Shown in pieces: positions 14,789-32,692 of a stretch of DNA of 64,000 bases. The stretch comes from the human T2T-CHM13v2.0 reference genome, Homo sapiens, in NCBI RefSeq assembly GCF_009914755.1, contig NC_060941.1; one strand, given 5' to 3'. The notes beneath the pieces are model-generated. The model searched no databases, was not told where the DNA came from, and saw only the letters and a program-made list of their open reading frames with translations. The translations under genes were made by a program, and so were the position numbers. Numbering within the stretch: position 1 is the stretch's first letter; each line of letters starts with the position of its first letter.

Positions 14789-15180
14789 TGTGTACCCATT
14801 GTTCTCACTTAATACATGAGAACATGCAATATTTGGCTGTTTCTGCGTTAATTCACGTAGGATAATGACCTTCAGCTGCATCTGTGTTGCTGCAAAGGAC
14901 ATGATTTTGTTCTTTTTTATGACTGCCTAGTACTTTGTGGTGTATATGCACCACATTTTCTTTATTTAATGAACCGTTGGTGGATACTTACCTTGGTTCC
15001 ATGACCTTGCTGTTGTAAGTTATGCTGCGATAAACATGGGAGTGCAGTGCCTTTTTATGTAATGATTTCTTTCCCTTTGGGTAGATACCCAGTAGTGGGA
15101 TTGCTGGGTCGAAAGGTAGTTGTACTTTTAGTTCTTTGAGATACCTCCCTACTTTTTCCATAGAAGTTGAACTAATTGAC
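14789..15180 (-). mobile_element. L1 3' fragment (L1PB/L1MA-type)
   Basis: gtgttgctgcaaaggacatgattttgttcttttttatg...ggtagatacccagtagtgggattgctggg; minus ORF LKELKVQLPFDPAIPLLGIYPK is the ORF2 C-terminus. Confidence 0.9.
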
Positions 15181-15230
15181 ACCTACCACCGCTTGCTGGA
15201 GGTTGAGGACGCCCAGTGAGTGTGCACCCG
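15180..15230 (+). pseudogene. Displaced keratin exon-6 3' fragment ([11 protein letters not shown]|gtgag)
   Basis: Near-copy of 18329-18380, including the donor gtgagtgtgcaccc. Confidence 0.85.
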
Positions 15231-15635
15231 GGCTGGAGAAGGCAGGAGGTATGGCCCGGAAAAGAGACACAGAAAGGTAATCCAAGAGGGCTTTCTGGAG
15301 GAGGTGGCAGCTGAGCCTAGAGGTGAATTTCGTTGGGGAAGAGGGAGTGAGGCCTAGGCAGCTTAGGCCATGACCCCCATAGTGGGAGACGGCTGCATAA
15401 GGGTCTCTCTCCTGGCATCCGTCTTTACCCATGCCTGGGCATCCTACCCCCATCACCCTTTAACCCCCGAGGGCCTTGGCTGGGTCCCAGAAATTCCCAG
15501 GAGGGTCAGAGAAGACCACGGGGACTCTCATCACCCCCACCCTGGCTCACTTCCAAAAAGGCTGCAAGAAGGATGTTGGAGGGTCTCCTGGAGGCTGCCA
15601 AGGGCATTTTCTCATGGAGCCCACGTCTCTCCCCG

Positions 15636-18600
15636 ATCGTGGTGGCTGTGATCGGTAATTCCAGCTTCATACTGGCTACAGGTGGATGATGCCCACCTGG
15701 CTGCCGATGACTTCTGCACCAAGTGAGGCTGGGTCTCTGGAGCTGCCCCAGGGGCTGGACAAGCTGACCCTGCCTGGAGCCAACCTGGAGATGCAGCCTG
15801 AGAACCTCAAGGAGGACCTGGTCTACCTGAAGAAGAACCATGAGGAGGTGAGTTCAGCTCAGGGAATGCAGCAGAAATTCACCTGGAAGCAAGCGAGGCT
15901 GGGGCCCAGAACCTCCCTGGGCTGGGCCATGCTTCCAGTCCAGTTCCCATCCTTTATGGATGCCTAGCTCTGACCCTCAGAGGACCCTGGGTGAGGCCTG
16001 GAGGAGCCCTCTTCTCAAATAGACTTCATTTGTCCCTTGAGGCTCAGCTCACTGCAGTTAACTAACTAATGAGTAACTCAGTGTAAGAACACACAATACT
16101 AATTACTATAATTAATTATAATAGTGATAGTCATTAAAACAAGGAACTTCTGCCCAGCACTACAAGTGACTCACAGCCATTATCTCAACTGATACAAAAA
16201 CTGGGAGAAAGGTACTGTTTCTTTCTTTTGACCTGTGAAGAAACTGAGGCTCAGAGAGGTTAAGGGATATATCTATGGCTGCACAGGGACCCTCCTTCAG
16301 GTCTGTCGGACTCGTATCCACCCCACCTCTCTGCCCCTCTCCTGCCCCTCCTTTCCAGAAGGTTCTAGGTCCCAGGGACTCCAACCCAAGGATAGAGATC
16401 CAAGGTCCTGCCGGGGCGGTCAGGAGGTCTTACATGCCCTGTCCTGTGGCTTCCTTCTCAGCTGAGCTCTGTGCTGCTCTAAGCTGGGGGAGCCTACTCC
16501 CTGAGAAGCAGGACACCCGGAAGGTGTTTCCCCCTGGCGTTGAGGCTGGTTATACAATTCCTTTCCTCTAGCAGATTAACATTTGCTAACAGGGCCTGGC
16601 GCGGTGACAGCAGCGTAAGGTTGCTTTTTGCATGCCTGTGCTGTGGGGTTGGTGGTGGGGGCAAGGCGGTGGTAGGGGCGAGGCCAGGGCAGTGAGTGAG
16701 GTCGCCCATGGTCATTCTCTGCCGTGCTGGGGGGTTGTCATCTCTTGGGGCTTAGCACTTGTTGGGGATGGGTGAAGTCCAGTCCCGAGTCACAGTGTGT
16801 GTTGGGGGAGGTTGCTGATATTCATAGCCCTGTATGTTTGAGTAATGACAACATCCATCTCCACCTTCAGGGTGAGGAGCTGTTGGCCTATCTGTGTCTG
16901 TCTGTCTGTCTGTCTGTCATCCGTACCTGTCTCTCCCAGGGAGAGAAGGCAGGCCCCAGGGTCTTTCCCCAGGATGGCCTTGGGTGAGTTCCTACTGTCC
17001 TCTCTGCCCAGGAAATGAACGCCCTTTGAGGTCAGGTGGACAAGGATGTCAGTGTGAAGATGGACACTGTGCCTGGAGTGAACCTGAGCTGCATCCTGAA
17101 TGAGATGCGTGACCAGGACAAGAAACTGGTGGAGAAGAGCTGCAAGGATGCCCAGGGCTGGTTCTTCAGCGTGGTGGGTGGCCGTGTGTAAGCAGGTGTG
17201 CACACGTGTGGGCACATACGCCGTGTGCTGGTGCAGTTGGAACACCGGCAGATTCACAGGCTGTCCCAGTTGGAAGGACTTTTGGAAACCAGTCGGACCA
17301 GCCCTTCATGTCTTCGATGTAAAATGTGAGGCTCAGAGAGGACTCAAGCTCACACAGCCCTTCACTGTGGCCTGCAAAATAGATCCCGTTCTCTGCAAGT
17401 CTGGTCTTGGGTTTCCACCACAGCTGTTTACAGGATGTGTGTATTTGAGTACATACACATACCCTTGGCAAGCACAGGCTGAGTGTGTCCGGTGTCCTAG
17501 GGACAGCAACAGGTGCAAAAGAATAACACCCAGTGCCTGTCTTTGAGGTGCTGTAGTTCGGTAGGAGTAAGAAATGCAAACGACCGCAGAGCAGGTTGAA
17601 TTCCTCCAAGGTCCAACATGGGTGCAGAGAGTCTTTGTGTGCAGGTGCTTTTGGGGCCCCATAGAGGCCAGGGAGGGTTTAGGGGATGGTTCTGGGAGGC
17701 GAGGGCTCAGGAACAGCCCCTTTCCTGTGCCCCACTTGTGAAAGTCTCCATAAACCCCTGTGGCCCACTCTGCCTTCCAGAGAGAGGGGCTGAACTGCAA
17801 GGTGGCCACCAACACAGAGGCCCTGCAGAGCGGCAGGATGGAGATGTGGAGCTCTACATCTCTGTGCAGAACCTGAGCCGTCCCAGCTCAGCAAGGTAGG
17901 GCCCCTGTCCCCTCCCCACCCTGTACCTGTCACCCCAGGGTGAGCGCAGCCTTATAGACCCCTGCTTGGAGAACCAGAGTCCCCACCCAGCCTGTCCCTT
18001 CACACTCAGTGGCTGGGTGCACTACCACCCAACTGTGCCGGCAGCACCCACAGCTCCATACAGGAGGGGCTCCTCTCTAGTGCTCTGCCATGGGGAAGGG
18101 TCCCACGTCCATCTCATCGCACCACCTATCTCTTGGCCCACAGAAAGCATCGCTGGAGGGCAGCCTGGTGGAGACGGAGGTGTGTTACAGGACCCAGCTG
18201 GCCCAGCTGCAGGGGCTCATCAGAAGCATGGAACAGCAGCTGTGCGAGCTCTGCTGTGATGCAGAGCACCAGGACCACGAGCACCAGGTCCTTCTGGACG
18301 TGAAGACGCGGCTGGAGCAGGAGATCGCCACCTACAGCCGCTTGCTAGAGGTTGAGGACGCCCGGTGAGTGTGCACCCAGGTACCTGCTGGGGCGGGCTG
18401 GGGGCCCACTTCACCCAGGGAGAAGTTGGTGTCTGAGCACCAGCAAAGTTCAGGAGGTGTGAATGTGGGAACCTGTGGGGTTTGCAGGAGGTGAAACTGA
18501 CGATGCAGGCTGGAGTCTGACTGAGGAGCCTTGACTGCCAAGTTAAAGCGTCTGGACTAGATCACGTAGGCAATGGGGAGCCATGGAAGGATTTGGAGCA

Positions 18601-19930
18601 GAAGAAGGGAATGAACATCAAGATATTTTAGAACATTCACTCTGGCTACAGAGGGAGCAATGGATCAGAGGGGTCAGGGTGGGGCCAGAGAGACGCGTCA
18701 GGGGGCTAGAGCAGGGAGTCTGGCCAGAGAAGTCTTGCGGGGTGGAGGCTGGGTGGGGGGGCAGGGGAAGGAAGGTGGTGCACGCAGAAGAGAGGTTATA
18801 GCTCAAAACAGCAGGACTGGATGCCTGGATCTCAGGGTAAGCGTGGCTCACGGTCAGGACTCAGTAAGCGTTGGGTGAACACATATGAAGGAGTGGGCAT
18901 TGATGGCCCTGGGTTTCTGGTTCCGATGACTGTGTGAGTCCATCAGCCACAGGGTGAAGAGCATGGTGGGTGGTGGTCGGGTTTGCAGTTGGGAAGGGTG
19001 ATCAGGCCTTCAGCTGAGTGTGTCCTGGAGTCTCCATGCTTAGTCACACGTTGCAGCTTTTTGCTCCCCGAAAATGGTGAAGTCCATCTATAGTCTAACG
19101 ACAGTCTCTCCTGCTTTAATTGGGTCTATTTGTTGGGTCCTCTGGGACATGGAAAAACCACTTGCTCAGCTTCTCCTTGTAAATTCCTGGTGAGTGCCTC
19201 CAGGCCTACTGCTGTGCTGTTTCTTTTTCTTCTTCCTGCTGCACTGAACCCCTGCCCTTTCATTCTTGGGCCTGTGCTAATTTCTGTGCATTCCCAACTG
19301 TGATTTTTCACCAATTTAGGGGAACCTCCTCTGCCAGGGCCTGCTTCTCCCCAGCAGTGCTTGCAGGGGCCTGGGCTGGCTGGCATCCCTGGGTCGATGG
19401 GTGCTCCTCTCCCTGCAGGCTGGCCACTCAGTACTCCTTGTCCCTGGCCTCGCAGCCCACCCGGGAAGGTAAGAAGCTGCCCTGTCCTGCTGTGTGGACC
19501 CCAAGGCGGCGGAGAGGCTGAGGACCCTTCTGTGTGGGAGACTGGGGGGACCACAGACTCGGGCAGGTGGGGGGAAGAGCTCCTGCCTGATGTTCCCTGT
19601 GCCTCCCTCCTCCATCGCCTGCAGCCACAGTGACCAGCCACCAGGTGTGCCATCGTGGAGGAAGTCCAGGTTGGAGAGGTGGTCTTCTGTAAGCAGGTCC
19701 ATCTCTCCACCCACTGAGGCCCCTTTCTGCCTGTGACAGCCCCACCTCGAGGGTCATGGCACAGCCATCAGCTGCAGCTCCCAGCATGCTACTGCCACGC
19801 CCCGAGTGTCCGTCTGGGCACTGGTCCATGACCTGTTGTCTTTCTGTATCTACTTTCTGCAGCCCCTCACTGAGGAGGCCTCCTGGGTTTGTCCAGTGCC
19901 TGCTATTAAAGCTTTGCTCCAAGTTCAATG
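15636..19930 (+). pseudogene. Krt42/KRT42P-like type I keratin pseudogene, no exon 1; exons ~15636-15722, ~15740-15847 (partial), 17012-17173, 17781-17895, 18144-18364, 19419-19468, 19625-19717; ATTAAA at 19905
   Basis: Peptides [37 protein letters not shown] fit Krt42 rather than K17; stop in exon 4 (EMNAL*), frameshifts, lost exon-2 acceptor. Confidence 0.85.
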
Positions 19931-21589
19931 CCTCGTGTGATCTGGTCTGTTCATTGGTTTGGGGCAGTGTGGGCTGAGGGACTGGGATAGGTGGAGAGTT
20001 TATTGAGTGTTTGGGTATTGGCTTGTCACCTGCCAATCTGTTCTGCCCACTCCATCCAGGCCTGGGGCTCCTAGAAGACCAGAGGGGAGGAGGAGGAAGG
20101 ATTAAGGGTGGAGGGAAGGGACAGCCCCTTGTATTGGGAAAAGTTTCTAAGAATCAGCCCCTGAGTCCCTGTCACCTGTGGCTGGTCCCTGGGAGGGCCA
20201 CACATACTTTCCAAGGACCACACCTGTTGGGGAGCACTCCCTGCCTCAGCCCAGGGTGGGTTCAAGAGCAGAAGGAGAGGGGCTCGGTGGGGAGGGGCTT
20301 CTGAAGGAGTGGTCCAGGGCACTGATGAGTGAGGGGGTGAGAGCGAGGCAGCTAGCCCAGGAAAGCAGACCGGCTCTGCCCAGCTCGGGGTGTGTGTGGG
20401 GCAGGGTGGCCGCTGTGCGTGTACGCATGGGGGGTGTCCTGTTTGCTTTGGTGGCTTGGCAGCCACTGGGCTATTGAGGAATCTCTCTCCGCTGCTGGTG
20501 GGGCTACCTGGGCCTGTCTGGGAAGTGGAAGCCATTGGCAGTCTGAAACATGACCACCTTCCACCCAGCGGGCCTGGCAGGACCCTGGGACCCAGGGCGG
20601 GGCTTGGGGTGGTGGGCAGGGCAGGGTGGGGCTGTGGAGTGGGGCACTTGGCCCGCCCGAGGAGCCACATCTTGGGGAGCCTGGAGTGGGGAGGGGGCTG
20701 GCTGGCTGGGGTCTCTGTAAGAGCCTCTTCTTGGGCAATGTCCTTTAGGTTTCCTGTGGGCTGAGACCTGAGAGAAATGCCCCTCCCCTGACCCTGAGGT
20801 CTCTTGGGGTACAGAAGGGTGAGAGGAGTGGAAGGGGGCATCCCCCTCTCAGTTGGTTTAGATCCTCTCTTAGCACGGCCCACCTTTCCCCCATCCTATA
20901 GCTGAGCCCCTGTTTGCCCACCCCAGCCTGGAGTGTAAACCTGGGGAAAGGTTTACACGAGGAGACTGGGTTAGCAAGGGCTTCTAGGGATGGGGCAGGG
21001 TCAGAAGCTGACTGGATGGAACTGTAGCCCCTAGAGTGCATTCCTGGGTGTCAGACTCTGCAGAAGGGGCCAGTGTGGACACTGCACCCCTCTGGAGCCC
21101 CAATTTCTTTATCTGCGATGTGGGTTGGTCTCCGAGGCTTGATGGCATTTCTATGCTGTGAGGTGGGCCTGGTGGGTTTGGGCTCAGTTTCCAAGGCAGG
21201 ATAGGCTCTCGGTCCCTTCTTTCTCTTCAGCACCCAGCCCCGGGCCAGCACCTTGGGTGGAGCAGTGTGGGGTGAAAGACAGCAACTTCAGGGGGTGGTC
21301 ACCTGACATTGCAACCCATTTCCCCACCAGACAGGGTTGAGGTGGGCCGGGCTGGGGTGGTGGCTGCCTGGGAGGGCCTGGGGACGGTGAAGTCCTGTAT
21401 TCTCCTCTTCTCCCATATTAGGTCATGGGAAAGCATAGCTGGAGGGCCCGCCCAAATCACAGGTGACGGGCCTCAGAGCAGTGGCACGCACACGCGTGGC
21501 ACCCAGCACGAGGATTTGGAGAAATGAGGCAAATTCCTGATGATGGGTGGGGAGGGGGTCCCCAGCCACCTGGGAGCTGGCAGGTGGCC

Positions 21590-26830
<5,241 letters not shown>

Positions 26831-27357
26831 ATGAAATGTGTCCTTGTTCTGGCCGCTGAAGTGGGCACTGGGGACAAAAGGGTGAAATGGGAAGGAGTGA
26901 GGGTGGGGGGAGATGGTGCGTGCAGACCCCGTTGTTGACTGGCAGGTCAGAGGTCAGCTTAGACCAGCATAAAGAGTAAGTCTGGGGAGAGTTTGGAGGG
27001 GGGTGCTCGCATCTCCCAAGGGCTGGAGATTTTCAGGGGGTGGTCCAGGCTGCGCTAGACCCGGGGTGGAGGCGGTGTATCAGGTGTGGTCCTAGGTCGC
27101 CACTGCTTGCCCCGTGAGTAACTCTGTGACCTCGGGAAGTTAGGCAGTCACTTCCCCTGACTGAGCCTTGCTTTTCCATCCGTAAATGGATGGGAAGATC
27201 TCAGGTGTGGGAGCCCGAATCCTCAGAGATGACTCACTCAATCAGTTGCTCCTTCCTGTCCTGTGGGCTGTGCCCTCCCCCTAGATGGGGCAGGAGGTGG
27301 GCAAGGGCTGGGATAAGCACAAAGGGAGGGTGGGTGGGGGAGGCAGGCTGGGTGATT

Positions 27358-29840
27358 GGGGCCCCGACTCCTGTGTGAGTCTCAGGAAATCCCCAAGAGG
27401 GGCTCCCATTGCCTCTGCCCTGGGAATGTGAGCGGGAGGGTGGTGTTTTCAGGGAAGGCTGGGGACCCCAGGCAGGTATGGGAGAAAGGGTGGGGCCTCT
27501 CTCAAGGATGTTTCCTCACATGGTCAGCTGTTGCTCAGGATGCGGACAGGGCAGAGTGGGGGGCACTGCAGATGGGGTGGCTGTGCCCAGGGAGCAGTGC
27601 CACTCTCCCTGGCGGTCTGGATCCTCTTTGGTTCCCCACTAGGGACAGGGGTGGTGTGAGGGAGGGTAGAAACTGCCTCCTAGGAAAATGAGAAGGAACA
27701 GTCCTGCTCCAGCCACTCCCGGCACCCTCTGAGCTGACCAACCCCAGCTCTTGCTGGTGGCAGCAAACGTGGCTGTGGGGAGCAGTCTGTGGGAGGTGAG
27801 CCTGACACCTGGAAATCTTCCTTGTAGTAAATCTGGAAACTGCCAGGTGGGTTGGCCTGCTTTCCTGGTTTTCTTCAAGCAGGGGGTTAGTGGGAGGAGG
27901 GTGCCGCCACGTCATCACTGCTGCACCTGTGGTGTCTCTGCTGCTGCAGAATCAGACCAAGGCCCCCAAACACCCTCTCTCTCCTGGTGCCTGGAGGCTG
28001 GGGTTGGGGCCCAGGTCCGAGGAGAATGGGAGTGACCAGAGCCCTCTGAGCCTGGGTTGGTGGGGGTTTGGGACTGGCAGAGGCCAGGGATGGGGGTGGG
28101 TACTGACCACTGGGGTATGGGTGACTTTGGGCTGGTCACAAGCCCTCCCTGGACCTTGGAGCTATGACATCCTGGGAGAGTGTTTCTCTCTGCAGGGTAG
28201 ATGGCTGCCTGGAGTCGGGGACTTGCACCTGCAGCGGCATCTGCACGACTCAAAGCAAGGGCAAGCTCTGCTCCGTTGGAGGCTGACGTCTCCCTGCTCT
28301 CTGGCAGCAAATGTGGGGCCATGGAGGGCAGGAGGGAGGCACTGTTTGCACCAGGCCCCCACCATACACCCCGCCACAACCAGAAGAACAGCCCTGGGCT
28401 GCAGATGGCTCATTCTGGAGGGTGACTTCATTTGTCTGAATAGTCCCCGGAAGCAGGGAGGGTCTAGGGGAAGGCGCCTTGTTGTGTGGATGGGGACACT
28501 GAGGCTCCAAGGAGCAGTGACTCAGCCCTTGTCCCACAGCCTGAGGGGTCAGTAGTGGAGACGGGCATGGGAGGGGAGTGGGCCCCGCTTCCGTGCTGGG
28601 AAGAGGAGCCAAGCCCCAGCTCCTCCCCCACCTCAGGCTCCAGGCAGGGCTATCTCTCCCTCCTGTAGAGCCTGGGGTCCACAATTACTGATGGCGTGAG
28701 TGAGGAGGGGTCAGAGTGTGGGAAGGACCAGAGACAGCCCCAGACTGTGCCCCTCTGCTGGGGAAGAAGCCCTTCTCCACAAAGTGAGTGGGTGGGAGGC
28801 TCAGGAGGCCAGAATGGGGGAGCCCCCCGGTGTGCCCAGAGAGCTGAGCCAGTAGAGGCAGTGGTTGCCAGGGGCTGGTGGGGAGACTTGAGTGACTTTG
28901 TCCAAGGACCCCAAGTGGGCCCAGGATGCTGGGGACATGTGCCTGGGCTGGATTGGGGACCCAGCTATGGGACTCAAGGAGGGACTCACAGTTCGTCCAC
29001 ACACTCCCTGCCCACTGCACAGAATGTCCTCAAGGCAGAAGCTGCGGATCTGTGGTTGCCCTGTAGAGCTGCCACACCTGGTCTCGTGTGATGGACACAC
29101 ATATAGGACTCTCAGGCCAGGCCCATGCCAGTGGTAGCTGCCTCCGGACCCCCCTTGCAGGGGTTGACCTGGCAGCATGTCTTCTACGGAGACGGATGTG
29201 GTGGGGGACACTCATCCATGGCATGACATCGCTCTGCGTCTGGTTTGCACTGAGTCCAGGGAAAGGAGGAGACACCGGTCCTGACCCCAAGAGACAGTGC
29301 CTGCCCCAAGGGGACCTGAGGGACTGACAACAGTCCCTCAGCCCTTATGCAGTGTGGGTCTATTGCGGCAACCAAGGTTTTGGGGAGATGAGGGGAACAG
29401 AGGGAGCAGAGCCAGGCAGGTCTCCCCACATGCACAGAGCCGAGGGGATAACTGAGCTTGACAGAGACCCGTCCTCACCCTGAGCTGTAGTGACCATTTG
29501 AAGAAACATCCCTGAGAGAGGCTCACTCTTTCTCCCACAACCCCCTGGGGTCTGCAGCCTTCCCTGGAGGCACCAGCTTCCCGCTCACACTCCTGGGGTG
29601 GGGGCAATGGGAGCCCCTCTTGGGGGTTTCCTGAGACTCATACAGGAGTCCGGGCCCCTTGTTTGTGCAGAACAGGCACCCCAAGTGGGTCCAGGCTGCT
29701 GAGGACATGTGCCTGGGCTGGACTGGGGACCCAGCTATGGGACTCATGGAAGGACTCACAGTTCGTCCACAGCCACCCTGCCCACTGCACAGAATGTTTC
29801 ACCCCATCATCAAGGCAGAAGCTGCAGATCTGTGGTTGGA
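27358..29840. repeat. Local duplications: 27358-27551 inverted at 29468-29658; 28897-29058 direct at 29662-29838
   Basis: Direct sequence comparison; ORF echoes (ESQEIPKRGSHC vs ESQETPKRGSHC; PKWAQDAGDMCLGW vs PKWVQAAEDMCLGW). Confidence 0.85.
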
Positions 29841-31713
29841 TTGTGAAGGGCTATGACAGCCCCACCTTCAGAAGGGGGGCGTCAAACTTGCAGGAGGGGA
29901 GAGGACCCCCGAAGGTGGGCCTGGCACTCACAGATTTCCCCAGATCCCTGGAGCCGTCACAGGGGCAGAGCCTGGGCCTGGACATTCGTTCTCCCCCAGG
30001 AACCCTGCTCCCTCTGTTTCTCTGCAGGGCCCCAGCACCCCATCGTGGCCTGACTTTAGTGTATTGGGATTGTCTTTACCACCTTCTCCCCCAGAAGACT
30101 ATGTCTCCAGGGCTTCTCTGTCTTGTTCTTTGAGTCTGAGTGCCCAGCACAGCGCCAGGCACACAGTAGGTGCTTTATAAACACCTGCTCATAAACATAA
30201 CGCTAGCCACCAGCCTTTGCCAGGTGCTTTATTTATTTGGCCTCAAATCCCCTAATATGCCTGTGACGCAGGGCTGTTATTCCCATTTCCCAGACAAGGA
30301 AACTGAGGCTCAGAGAGGCTGAATATCCTGCCCAAGGTTTTGCCCCTGCTTGCCCCGATTCCAGGCTGCTCTGTCCTGGCTCAGTGGGGCTCTACTTTTC
30401 CTTCCTCCTGCCCTGAAGCCTGTGGCTCTGGCTTGTCCACCCAGGGCTGGGGGCCCTGCAGCAGCCCCCTCTCTCCCCTCAGCTTCTCTGCCCCCCTCCT
30501 CAGCCCCCTAAGCTGCCTCCTGCCTTCCCAGTCTGAGTTGGCTGGGGAGCTTGTAAAACAGCCCCACCAGCAGGCTTGTCCTGAGTGGTGCTGATGCAGG
30601 AGTTGGAGCAGGGCTGCGAATCTTCTTGGGGACTCTGATGATCTGTCTGGTTGGAGAATCACTGCAAGCCAAGGCGTGGCATTGGCCAATGGTGATTCCC
30701 GGCCTCCTCAGGTATGCTATGATCTCCGCCTCATGCTTGACATGGGCAGGACGAAGGAGGGAGGAAGGAGGCAGGGTGCGGGGAGGAATCCTCTGCCTGG
30801 AGGATGCCCATTGGGCTTCTCTATGCTCACCAGGCTTAGAGGTCCTGGCTCTTGGCCACCTTGGGGCAAGTGTGCATCACTGATGCAGAGGAAACGCCTC
30901 CTCCTCCTCTGTCAACTCAGATCCTCTGAGGCCCTGCTGGTGCCTCCCTCTGCTGGGACCCTTTCAGGGATCAAGGCCAGGAGGGCAGCCCCCTCCTCTA
31001 CTGCTGAGGCTCAGCGGGGTAATGCTTACCCCAGCTGCCTCCGGTGGTGTGGGCGTGGCAGGCAAGCCCAGTACCCTAGGGTTTCTAGCCAGGTTCTGCA
31101 TTTTCCAGCGTTAGTTTTCCCTCCAGGGTCAAATGATAAGTTCTTCTAAGGTCAGAGACTACGTCATCATTTCCCTCTTCACCCCCAGCCCCCGAGAGCT
31201 GTGCACACAGCAGCTGCGTGATCTATGGAGTTGGCTGAGCAGTTTGGCGCGTTGGTCAGCAACTTCCTGCAGCTTCTCAGCCCACGCAGATCCTCAGGTC
31301 TGCAGTGCTGGGCTTGTGTATAATCCCACCCTGACACCTCCTGGAATGGGGAACTTGGCGGGGGGCAGTGAGCCAATGAGAAAGGGGTGTGTGTGCACGC
31401 ACACACGGTGGGGGCAGAGAGTGAAGAGTTCTCGGAGACTCCACTGTGAGAGTCGGTGTGAATCCTGGCTTGGGAGTTGGAGCTGGCTCCGGTCTGTGCT
31501 CTCTCACTTTTGTGCTGCTTAACCTGGATAAGGCTTTCGCCCTCTCCGGTTGGGGTATTGATAGGCTTTGGTGACCTTGAAGACCATTTTCAGTTCTGAG
31601 GGTGATGGGTCTGTGGTTGGACTGGAACTCCAGGCCCACCCTGACACCTGAACGCTGAGGTTTTTGTCCAAGATTCCGGGGTCCCCTTTGCCCCTCTTTG
31701 GGGTGGGGGTGGG

Positions 31714-32692
31714 TGTGGGGAAGAGAAAGAGAGATCAGTGTCTCTTTCTATACGGACTGTGTCTATATAGAAAGAAGTAGACATGAGAGACTCCATTTTG
31801 TTCTGTACTAAGAAAAATTCTTCTGCCTTGAGATGCTGTTAATCTGTAACCCTACCCCCAACCCTGTGCTCGCAGAAACATGCCCTGTGTCGACTCAAGG
31901 TTTAATGGATTTAGGGCTATGCAGGATGTGCTTTGTTAAACAAATGCTTGAAGGCAGCTAGCTTGTTAAAAGTCATCACCACTCCCTAATCTCAAGTACC
32001 CAGGGACACAAAACACTGCGGAAGGAAGGCCGCAGGGACCTCTGCCTAGGAAAGCCAGGTTTCTCCCCATGTGATAGTCTGAAATATGGCCTCATGGGAA
32101 GTGAAAGACCTGACCGTCCCCCAGCCCGACACCCGTAAAGGGTCTGTGCTGAGGAGGATTAGTAAAAGAGGAAGGCCTCTTTGCAGTTGAGATAAGAGGA
32201 AGGCGTCTGTCTCCTGCTCATCCCTGAGCAATGGAATGTCTCGGTGTAAAACCCGATTGTATATTCCATCTACTGAGATAGGAGAAAACCGCCTTAGGGC
32301 TGGAGGTGAGACATGCTGGCGGTAACACTGCTCTTTAATGCACCGAGATGTTTATGTATGTGCACATCAAAGCACAGCACCTTTTCCTTAACATTGTTTA
32401 TGACACAGAGACATTTGTTCACATTTTCCTGCTGGCCCTCTCCCCACTATTACCCTATTGTCCTGCCACATCCCCCTCTGGGAGATGGTAGAGATGGTAG
32501 AGATAATGATCAATAAATACTGAGGGAACTCGGAGACTGGGGCCAGCATGGGTCCTCTGTATGCTGAGCGCCAGTCCCCTGGGCCCATTTTTCTTTCTCT
32601 GTACTTTGTCTCTGTGTCTCTTTCTTTTCTCAGTCTCTCATCCCACCCCACGAGAAACACCCACAGGTGTGGAGGGGCAGGCCACCCCTTCA
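31714..32692 (+). mobile_element. HERV-K(HML-2) solo LTR, LTR5A/LTR5B-type
   Basis: TGTGGGGAAGAGAAAGAGAGATCAG...GGGGCAGGCCACCCCTTCA, 979 bp; 6-bp TSD ggtggg (31708-31713, 32693-32698); AATAAA at 32512. Confidence 0.96.
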
